Shown in pieces: positions 39,628 through 49,950 of a stretch of 64,000 bases of DNA. Source of the DNA: Felis catus (taxonomy: Eukaryota); the NCBI RefSeq assembly GCF_018350175.1, contig NC_058382.1, forward strand, positions 61,196,001 through 61,260,000, in the 5' to 3' direction. The position numbers were made by a program, and so were the translations under genes. Within the stretch, counting starts at the first letter, position 1; every line of letters starts with the position of its first letter. The notes beneath the pieces were generated by a model that did not search any database, was not told where the DNA came from, and saw nothing but the letters and a program-made list of their open reading frames with translations.

Positions 39628-42600
39628 GGGGGCGCCTGGCTGGCGCAGTGGGTGGAGCACGCAGCTCTCAACCTCAGGCTCGTGAGCTCTAGCTCCACGT
39701 TGGGTGTGGAGCCTGCTTTAAAAAATTAAGATAAACGAAAATAAATAAAACGTCCATCATCTGATGAGAACCCACTTTTAGAAGAATTAGATCTAATCAC
39801 TTCCCTGAAAAGAAATAAAGCTCCCATGTAAATTTCACTAAGGCTGCATCTGCAGAAAATTAAACCATGAGCAAAAGCACAGATCACTTTTCCAAGCTTC
39901 ATACATAAAGACAAAGGACACAATTCAAAGATTACCTCTTAAGTGTTAAGGAAAAATTTTCCTACAAGAAAATACTTTGAGTTTTAGCGTATTTAATCTA
40001 GTAATCTCGAAACTAAAATACTTCAAATTTCAGGTGGACTGTTCTCGACGTAATCCAAACACATCAGGAGCAAATCATCTACGTCTGGAAAGGAAAAGAG
40101 TCACAAAGTCTAAACACGCCTTGAAACCGGAGCCCCAGGAAGGGCTGGGGCATTAAACTAAGGACCCTGTCAGTTTCAGACCCCAAAACCTGGGCTTTCT
40201 TTTCTATCATCCACAAGGTCAGAGTTTTTCTTTTTAAGTGTTCTGCATATCCTTGAAGTAGCAGGCATTTTTGTAATTAAAAAAAAAAAAAAAAAAATCC
40301 TTCAAGAGTGCTGCTTTGGGGTTTTTTGTTGTTGTTGTTCTTTATTTTTACTTCCTGTTTTACAGGATGTAAAACCACACTTTAGAAACACGGTGCGTGC
40401 TAGCAAGTCTTTATCTCTCAAGAGTAATAAGGTTCTTCACTGCTTCCCTCACCTTCTGTATTTTAGACACATTTATACGGTACACCTGCAATGATTTCAA
40501 GTTTACATCATCACACAGAATTAAGTGAAAATCTTATTTTGCTAGATATGAATGCAGTGGAACACAAAGCAATCATAACTTAAGCCAAAACCTTACGCAA
40601 ACTTCTCATTATTTAGAAAGTCATTATTCCAGGACATTAGCATCCTGGCTCTGGAACCTGCCATTACAAGGAGTGGGGCACTTTCTATTAATGCCCTGAG
40701 AAAAGAACTCTATTCGCTACATTTTAGATGAAAACTAACCTCTGATATCACATTTATTAAGCACTCACAAGTCAAAATTTCAATTTCACCATTCTAAAAG
40801 GGCACACTGTACAGTTAAACAATTGGAGGGGAGGGGGATTTTATGAAATTGTATTTAACCTTGACAAAAATTGTGATCTAGGTGATCGAAAATGTTTTAC
40901 GTTGAGAAAAGGCCAACACTTTCATACAGTGAACTGGTGCGCACTGGTTTCTTTACAAGTGGAAAACGAGTGCCTACAGATTTTGAGGCTAATAAATAAT
41001 TCACTGCACAGATGCCAAGGGCAGAGCTGGCAACTTGGGTCCTGCCCTCAGCCAGCCGGGAAGGACACTGTAACTCCCACAACGGCCTCGGCCTAGGCGC
41101 GGGGGTGGCCGGCAGCCTCCACCCGGCAACAGAACTGTCAGTCCTTCCAGCCCTTGGAAACCTCAGCTGTACTAATGGGACAGACCTCTTTTATTTTCAC
41201 AATGCAAACCCACTCAACTCTTTAGTCACAGATCAGCTTCAAAACTGTGGGATTTCTTAAGTTTTAGAATGGTGTCCCTAAATGCTTTCAACCACAACCA
41301 ATTCCCCTCACCCCTTACTTACCTAAGAGGTTAAAACCACACAAATTAAGCACACTCTTATCTAAACCAAAAATTCAAGTCTCTGTCACCCAAATTGTAG
41401 CCATAATTAGTCTCTTCAAAAATCAATCTTTTTGCCAATTACGTAACAGGTTCATATTTTTTTTTTTTTAATCAGAAAACATAAGTGGTAAAAAAAAAAA
41501 AAAATAACATACAGTTCCATTTTGGTGTATTTCCCTCCAAAGAGATTACTTTTTTGGTCATCAAAATGCTAAAACTGGGGTAGGAAGGACATTAAGGTGC
41601 CAACTCCATTCTGGAGAATTTATATTTAAACAGAAGCTTTAGCCTCAAAGCTCAGGAGCATTTATTACAACAGCTTAGGAGTCAAAAAAAAAAAAAAAAG
41701 GTAAGATAAAATGCGAAAACTTTCCAGGTACTCCACTGCCATACTAAACCACTGCTTACGTTACAAGGGGCCAGAAGGTGCTCAAAGTTCTAAACTAAAC
41801 ACAGCAGGAAACTACACTCAGCAGGCTTTCACCTTTGCCCCGAAAGCAGCAATCTCACTAAAACCGCTTCCAGGAGGCATTTTCCTTCCCACAAAGACAA
41901 CCTTTCCGTTAATTATTGTCCTTAGGTGTTGTTCTGTGCCGATCTTAAACGTCAGATCCCATACCTCTGTCTAAATTGTAAAGAAAATTTGTAATGAAAA
42001 CAAATGGAAAAATGGCTGAAATCACATAGCATCATTCCTAGTCAAATAAATGAAAGTTCCTCATCCCAAGTTTCTCCTTTCAAAGTCATTCAAATACGGT
42101 ATTTCCATATAGAGTCTTTAAACAATTCAACAAGTCTTTCTTGAGCTACTTCTAGAACAAGTGTCATGCCCTAGGAGCAATCACGGAGACCAACCCTATT
42201 GTCACTAAGCATGCAGTCCTTCTTTTCACAGGGCAGATGTAATCCAACCACTGCGTATTCCATCAATTCTGCTAAGTCCTTTTGTATTTATTTATTAACG
42301 TCTTCGAGAGAGGCAGTAAAGCAGGGGAGAAGGGGGGAGGCGGGGGGGGGGGGCGGGAGAGGGAGAGAGAGAACCTTAAACAGGCTCCACGCTTAGCGCA
42401 GAGCACAGCGCAGGGCTCGATCCCACAACCCTGGGATCATGACCTGGGCTGAAATCAAGAGCTGGAAGCTCAACCAACTAAGCCGCCCAGGCCCCCAACT
42501 GTGTTTATGTGGCTCTAACAAGGTGGGGTGGCATATTCCTTGGGAGTGAATATTTGACTAAGACCCAGAGGCTGGAGGGAGTCATCCTGTAGCTCTGGAC

Positions 42601-43450
42601 GAGCAAAGATTTGCAAGGGAGGCAACAATGTGCACTCAGCAGGGCCCTGTTCCAGACGGAGGACCAGCATGTGTCGAGGCCATGAGAGAATACGGCACGT
42701 GTCCCAATCCAGGAAATGGAAGCCAATGTAGCCAAAGCATCCGGAGTTAAGAGGGAGAGTGATGGGGGATCACATGGGGGCTTCGGGGGAAGAGGTCACG
42801 CAATTAGGGTTAGATTGTTAATAACCACTTGGGACCTTACCATAAAAATAACATTTGTAGTTCTACTGTACCATAAAACACTATTTACAGACAGTTTTGA
42901 GTGTGGAGGGAGAGAAACAGAGTTAAGCACAGAATAATAACAAAAACCAACAAGGAAACACATAGCTTGGTCTGACTTGGCTTAAAAGATACCACGAATA
43001 AGACCCATCAAACAGAAAAAAGAGCCACCTCGGAATAGAAACATCTTGATCAGAATTAACAACCTAGTTGTTAAAGTGGATCATTTCCTAAGCCTTTTAG
43101 GCTTTCTATGCTGATTATCTCTAACTGCCTGAGTTCCAGGAGCTGAAGACTGACCCCTTCTTTCCTACAGCTGTAAAATAAAACTGGAAAAGTTGAATTG
43201 CACAAAAAAAATCCATTTGAAATACAACTAAGAGAACACATACTGGGGCACCCGGGTGGCTCAGTCGGTTAAGCGTCCGACTTCGGCTCAGGTCACGATC
43301 TCACGGTTCATGGGTTCAAGCCCCTCGTCAGGCTCTGTGCCGCCAGCTCGGAGCCTGGAGCCCGCTTCAGATCCTGTGTTCTCCCTCTCTCTCTGCCCCT
43401 CCCCCGCTCATGCTCAATCTTTCCCTCAAAAGTAAGCAAACAAAAAAATT
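39628..43450. mobile_element. CAN-SINEs (39628-39740 +, 42280-42495 -, 43245-43450 +)
   Basis: SINE motifs. Confidence 0.8.
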
Positions 43451-45314
43451 AAGAAAACGCATAGTAAAAAATGTCAAGACAATGACTTTTAGTTATTGGG
43501 GTTCATTTAATTTCTTCAGGAGGCTCTCATCAAACGGGCCATGCAAAACGCGCCCGCCCAGGGCATGGACCCACCCGACAGCAGTAAGTGACACAGTGCG
43601 CAGTCAGCATTCTGCCCTTTAACTAGCAGATATCCTATTAGAGAAAGCTCACCCACCACGCTTACCATGTGAGGGATGAAGGGCCTTACACGGGGCAGTG
43701 GACGGATCAAAACACTGATTTTGGCAACAAATGCAGATTATGCTCTGAACCAGCATTTACTGACACTCTCTAATTACGTTATTTCATTGATAATGGGCTC
43801 GTTGCCCGTATGCAAAATAACTGTGCTACACTGGATAAAACATAACCTTACTGTATCAAATGTACTTAAAAACCCAAGGCACACACAGCTTCTAGAAAAA
43901 TACTCTCAAATACAAACAGCAGAGCTCAGCTCTGTCCGTGGAAAGTTCTGCTTGTCACCGTATCAACACTGTAATTACAGAGAACATGACAGCCTCCAGT
44001 CGTAAGCAGCCCATCTGGTTTAGAGAGATGAACGGCGGTGCCGTGTGATTAGCGTGGCTGGTCTGCAGCGGGTCTAGAACATCTGACAGGCCCCAGCGAG
44101 GAAGACAGCTGACACAAAGTTAGAACTGCAAATGAGGAACTTGAGACTATGTGACACCTTTCAAAACAAACTTCTGGTAAATTCTATGTATATTTTGCTA
44201 CAACTTAAAACAATATTGAGGAAAAAAAGCCTCTGAAAGTTTCAAAGTTGGATCAAGTTTAGCAATATCTTGAGGGAGCTTTTTAACTAAGTCAGGAGGC
44301 ACGCACAAAGGACACAGAAAAATGTCAAAGCTACTTGGTCTTTGTCTCCTCCCAGCCCATTCAGGAGGGCCAGCCTATCGACCGACCGGGATCCAGCTCG
44401 GGATCCAGCCCGGAGCACCAACTACACAGAGGACAGCAGCTGAATGGAGGGCGGGGGAGGCAACTCCGAGATAAGGATCCGATTCAAGGGTCACAATCAA
44501 AGTTGAGCAAGATGTTTTTCCTTTTTTCTTTTTTTAACTGCAGTTTCAAAGGAATATCAGAAGACTTGTGCAATCAGTCTCCAAAGACACAACACAGAGC
44601 AGGTCTTCCGGGACAACATTTCGGATGAGAAATCAAGGTCTCCAAATGAACGGAACACACGTCTGGGGGTCTCTGATTTGCAACTATTCAAGCTATGCCA
44701 TTGACCGGGTTTGCAGGAACCAAAATAGCAACTGTTTCAACTGCACTGTTTCCACCAGCAATATCCTGTTACACAGCTTTGCTGAGCGCCGCTCCTCACT
44801 CCGCCACAGGCACCAAAATATTCTAAGGTTTGCAACTCAACAACTGTGCGCACTTTCACTCCTTAGCTTAAAAGGAATGTTGAGCATACTGCTCAAATCA
44901 CTTGAAAAACTGCCACCTTACAAGAAAGCCTGAAATTCGATTTTTCCACCGGGAAATCTGCAAAACCATCCTGTTCTTGCAAAGGGATAAAAAACTTCCT
45001 ATAACCTGTAGAAACCAGGAAACCTAGGCATGCCGCATCTCAACTGCCGGAGAGAAAATGGTTTTCAAAGCACAGGGCCAGCTTAGGCCAGCTTAATCTT
45101 TCAAAGCCTCTTCCAAAAACCCTTGGACGCCGAGATACAGGCTAGCTTTCCAAAAGAACAGCAGAAGCAGTAAAACCTTGATGAGGCACCAGGAAAAGAG
45201 CAGACCTCAAGAAAAACGAAGAGTTCTTCACCCCCATCCACAAACGGCAAAGATACAAAATTTAACAGCACAATCCCTCTTTGAGAGAAGACTGAATCCA
45301 TGTGGCATGGCCAG

Positions 45315-45315
<1 letters not shown>

Positions 45316-45356
<41 letters not shown>

Positions 45357-45399
45357 GCTCACTCACTCACACACACACACACACACTCACTCACTCACT
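45316..45399. repeat. Compound (CA)n/(CACT)n microsatellite at the CpG island edge
   Basis: Directly visible in sequence. Confidence 0.95.
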
Positions 45400-45829
45400 C
45401 GCAGCTACCGCCCTGCCAGGGGATGATGAAATGAGGAACGGAAATTAACATTTCAGGCAACGTCTCACATTGTTCCTTGAGGCCAAGGACTGCTGTTGCA
45501 GCCGCCACCGCCACCGCTTCCCTCCCACCCGCCCCCCAGTCCCGCCTACCCTCCCCCCAGACGACACCCCCGCGCCGCTGCCCCGCATTCCTGCCCCTCC
45601 GCGGGCCTACGCGCGCCTCCTGCACCCCCGGCGCCCCCACTCTCCCTTCACGACTCCCGTCCGCCCGCCCCCTCCGGCTCGGAGCCCGAGAACCGCCTGC
45701 TCCCATTTCAAAACAGTGATAATAATAGGGACGCTGGGAATAACAACTACAACCGACACTGCGAACGCACCCCTCCCTCGGGTCAGAGGTCGGCGCACCC
45801 GCTCCCCAGGTGCCCGGGGCCCCCGTAGG

Positions 45830-46275
45830 CCCCTCACGGCCGCCCCGAGCCCTCCCAAGTCCCCCAGGCGCACTCTCAACCCCTCACGGCTGCCCAGCCC
45901 CCCCCCCGCCCCCCGCCAGGCCCACCTGGAGCCCCCGTCGGCCCCGCGCGGCTGCCCAGAGCCCCCGCAGGCCCTCACGGCTGTCTGGGCCCCCAGGCCC
46001 ACCCAGAGCCGCCGTCAGTTCCTTCACGGCTGCCCCTGGCCCCGCAGGCCCACCCAGAACCCCACCCGGAGCCCCTCACGGCGGCCCCGGGGCCTCCAGG
46101 CCCACCCGGAGCCCCTCACGGCTGCCCGGGCCTCCCAGGCCCACCCGCAGCCCAGCGTCGGCCCTCCACGGCTGCCCGGGCGCCCCCCCCCGCTTCCGGC
46201 CCCCCAGGGGCCCCCCGTCAGCCCCTCACGGCTGCTCGGGCCCCCCGGAGCCCCAAGTCGGCCCCTCGGGCCCCC
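45830..46275. repeat. Degenerate GC-rich minisatellite (core CCCTCACGGCTGCCC; ~30-60 bp spacing)
   Basis: Cores at 45831, 45881, ~45942, 45972, 46021, 46073, 46113, ~46163 and 46223, interleaved with AGGCCCACC(C/T)GGAGCCC. Confidence 0.8.
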
Positions 46276-46383
46276 CGGCGCCTGCCGCGCTGCTCCGCCA
46301 AGAGAGGAGGCCTGCAGGCCTCGAGGCGGCCCCACGCCCGGGCGCCCGCCCCGACCCCCGGCCCGGCCCGCGGCGGCTCTCAC

Positions 46384-46680
46384 CGGCTCCCGGCTGCACG
46401 GCTCCGCGGGGCTCAGCGGCGGCGCGCGGGCGAGGCCATGCAGCCCCAGCCCGTCCCCCGGCCCGAGCGGGAAGGCGGCGGCGGCGGCGGCGGGCTCCGA
46501 GCGCCGGCGAAGCGGCGAGGCCGGCGGGAGGCGAGCCCGCCCCTCGGGCGCGGCCAGGCTCGGGCGGCGCCGCGGCGGCGCGGGCGCTCACTGAGGGGAC
46601 GTCGGGCCGCGCGCTCGGCGGCGGCGCCTCCCCGCCTGGGGCCCTCGCTCCATCGCGCTCCGGCTCGGCGGCCTCTGGCT
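46384..46680 (-). other. ANKRD11: ANKRD11 exon 1 (5'UTR, non-coding); TSS position approximate
   Basis: Minus strand reads agaggccgccgagccggagcgcgatggagcgagggccccaggcggggaggcgccgccgccgagc..., resembling the recalled 5' end of human ANKRD11 mRNA; ends at CCG|GTGAGA donor (GT at 46383-46382); divergent to SPG7 as at human 16q24.3. Confidence 0.85.
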
Positions 46681-47789
46681 CCCGGACCCGGCGGCGGCTG
46701 CGGCGGGCGCCGGCCGCATGAGACGCCGCCGCCCATTGGCCCGCCGTATCCGCCTCCGCCATTGGCCCGCTGCGGCCGGGCACAGGACTGCGCACGTCAC
46801 GGCGTCGGGGAGGAAGTGCGCCGGCGGGCGTGAAGGGGCGGCAGCGAGAGGGACCGCTTCGGTGACAGGCCTGGGGCGGGACCAGAGGACGTTCCGGGAC
46901 GGATTGGTCAAAGTCGTGCGTCCGGGCGCACGGCACGTTGGGAAGCGAGCAGCTGGATTGGCTGCTTGCCTCGCAGAGGGGGCGGGCCTTTTGTTCCCGG
47001 ACGCGACGATTGGTCTTTCCAAATGCCGGAAGCGACGAGGGGAACGGTCGAAAGCCGGGATCCAGCGTCCACGGAGCGGGGAGATGAGGTTATCGGCGGC
47101 GGCGCTGGGCCTCAGCCCGGCAGCCTCGGCCCCTGATCCGAGTCCCCCCGCCCGCGCGGCTTGAGGAGACCAGGCGGCGCGCGCTGGTGCGGGCGGACCG
47201 CGGCCGTCGCGCCCCTGCCCTGTGGTTAAGTGGAGGCGCGCGCGGTGCTCCGCGTGCGGCGGGTGCGGACAGCAAGGACCGCGCCCGCCTCGCAGGGCCA
47301 CCGGGAGGACTGCGCGAGGAGTGTGCGCGGCCCTTGGCCGGGACTCGGCACGTAGGAAACTGGTCCCTCCGCAGCGGCTGCCTTCCAGGCTCCGATTTCC
47401 CCGCTCCCAGCCAGTAACTTCCCTGGGTGAGCGGGGCGCCGTGGGCTGTCGAGCACCCGCGGGATGATGACCCAGGGTCCCGGTGGACACCTCATTGTAA
47501 GGATTCCCTGGGAACACTGATAAACTTGGGACTCCGGACCTCACGCCCACTTGCGTAAATCTAGATGGAGGGAAGGAGGAATTAGGACTTTCTATGTTGG
47601 TCTCTGATAATACTCATCCTTGGGAAATTTTCAAAATCACTGACCTTAGCCAATCCAATACTCTCTAGAGGGAATTTGCCTTGGAAATACTCTGACAAGG
47701 TAAAAGCAAAGAATTTTAACAGAAACAGAACTTGTAAGTAAAAACTACAGTAGAGAAAAGAAATGCAGAGTAAAGTGAAAGAAGCCATT

Positions 47790-49950
47790 TAGTGCATTTA
47801 TTCAGAGAGGTTTATTGCCATGGGCCAAACACTGTATCAAGCCCTGGAAAGTCGACGGGAACAGAGCAGGTGGAGTCTCTACCAGCTGGGATTTAGCGTC
47901 AGGCCGGGAAAACGTGTTTATCAAACAGCCACACAGTATGCACTTTGAGAAAGACGTACAAGGAGTTATGAAAGAATGTTGAGTGAAAACCAGGTCTAGT
48001 CTGGGGGAGTGGCTTGCAAAAGATTTCCATAAGGTGTTACACTCGAACTGCTGCTGTCAGAAGTCTGAGGAAGAGCTGAGTAGATGGGAGAATATTCTAG
48101 GTCTGCTGTCCAATAGGATAGCTTCTAGCCACATAGGACTGTTAAGTACTGGAGATGTGAGTCCAAACTGACATGTACTGTGAATATAAAATACACACCA
48201 GATTTCAGACTTAGCATGAAGAAGAATGTAAAATATCTCAAAAAAATGTTTTTATTACACATGGAAGTGATAGTACTTTGGATAATGGCATTAAATAAAA
48301 TATAGCTTTGAAACTAATTTTATCCTTTTTTTTCCCCTAATCATTGCTACCAGGAAATTTTGTTTTTATTACTAAGAAATGTTACTTTGTATAAGCAGGC
48401 TCCACACCCAACATGGGCCTCGAACTCTCGACCCGGAGATCAAGAGTTGGATGCTCTACCAACTGAGCCAGCCAGGCACCCCAACTGCTAGGAAATTTTT
48501 TTTTTTTAATTTTTTTTCAACATTTATTTTTTGGGGGACAGAGAGAGACAGAGCATGAACGGGGGAGGGGCAGAGAGAGAGGGAGACACAGAATCGGAAA
48601 CAGGCTCCAGGCTCTGAGCCATCAGCCCAGAGCCCTACGCGGGGCTCGAACCCACGGACCGCGAGATCGTGACCTGGCTGAAGTCGGACGCCTAACCGAC
48701 TGCGCCACCCAGGCGCCCCCCAACTGCTAGGAAATTTTAAATGCCATCCTGGCTGCATTCAGTTTCGTGGGCAAAGGAGCAAGCTAACTGGTGCCCTTAA
48801 GTTGGAGAGGGTTGCGGTGGCCCAAGGGGCCATATTCACGTATTTAAGGCTTATAAGCGCCCGGTGTGTTTTCAGCACTGTTGTAAGACCTCCGTGAAAT
48901 ACAGGGCAGTGGGGGCAGAGGAGGCATGCTGTTTAATATAAGTTAGTAGGTGAAGAACTCAGATAAGATCATCTTTGAGGAGGACCCCGGGGGTGAAGCA
49001 AGGCGTGATTTGGAGAAAATCACCCCAGATGGGGCAGGAAGGAGCCCCACAAGCACAGAGTAAAGCCCGGGCAAACAAGATGAGGAAGATGTCTGAGCAA
49101 GGGTCCCACTCGGAGTTGGGAAATCACCCTAAGCCACTGCAGGGTCGCAGGACCACGAGCCGTGGCCTGACCTACTGTTGAAGGATCACTCGAGACGACG
49201 AGAGCACAGAGAAGGTGGGGCGAGGCAGCAGTGCCATTGTGCCCGCGAGTCTGGGATGTGTTTTGAAGACAGTTGGCAGGACTTGTGGGTTGTAAGAGAG
49301 AAGGGTCTGGGCTGAAGTCACCACCGGATGGCAGGGCTCCAGGGGGGATAGAGCTTTGGGCTGAAAAACTGGGAGTTTACTTTTACATAGTTAAGTGCAA
49401 GATGCTTGGGTCTCCATGTGGGTGATGGGTTGGGGGGGGGGGGGCAACCACAGAAAGCAGAGAGGTAGCTAGGCACAGGTGAGGCCTCGCAGGCACACAA
49501 ATGATTTTTTTTTTTTAAGTTTATTTTTGAGAGAGAGAGGGAGACACAGGAACAGAAGCAGGCTCCAGGTCCCAGCTGTCAGCGCAGAGCCCGATTTGGG
49601 GCTCAAACTCACAAACCCAGAGATCGTGACCTGAGCCAAAGTCAGATGCTTAACTGACTGAGCCCCCCAGGTGCCCTGGCACACAAATGATTTTTTTAGC
49701 CTGCAAGCAGCACCTGCCAGAGAAGGGCTTTAATCAGGAAGCACAGGGACAGAGTCCTGTTCTAAAACACCGCTTTTGAAACAGTGTGAAGGTTGAGACC
49801 ATGATGAGAGGCCAGGTGGGAAGCTGTTGCAATAGTTCCAGAGAAAAGAGAAACAGGAAGGGGGGTGGCGAAGCGGTGAGGACGGCAGAGTAGGAGAGCC
49901 GGGGCCAGGTGGAGATAGCATGGCTGAGGCTGGGGGGCTTGACGGGGGCT
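47790..49950. mobile_element. L2 remnants (discontinuous) plus SINE 49505-49677 (-)
   Basis: catttattca..tttattg..tgggccaaacactgt; gaaggatcactc; gaggccaggtgggaagctgttgcaatagttccag. Confidence 0.55.
48103..48772. mobile_element. MER33-like hAT DNA transposon interrupted by two minus-strand SINEs (48380-48482, 48500-48720)
   Basis: ctgctgtccaataggatagcttctagccaca...taaaatacacaccagatttc..gacttag..gaatgtaaaatatctca; young SINE TSD ccaactgctaggaaatttt. Confidence 0.8.

Larger units (their letters stand above)
2..46383 (-). other. ANKRD11: ANKRD11 intron 1 (3' end uncertain; strong acceptor at the window edge)
   Basis: Follows the exon 1 donor; no recognisable coding exons; + strand is A/C-rich as expected for a minus-strand transcript; minus strand ctgttttgctttattttttcag|g gives AG at 3-2. 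Confidence 0.7.
45490..47550. promoter_or_regulatory. CpG island / ANKRD11 promoter
   Basis: Very high GC and CpG density; ATTGG (CCAAT) boxes at 46735, 46761, 46903, 46957 and 47009; GC box 46873-46880; ACGTCA 46794; ETS-like GGAAG at 46812 and CCGGAAG at 47026. Confidence 0.92.

Noticed and set aside
45395..47550. Long overlapping ORFs (374, 320, 303, 236 aa) on both strands
   Set aside because: Pro/Arg/Gly/Ala-rich by-products of an extremely GC-rich CpG island and minisatellite where stop codons are rare; no domain content
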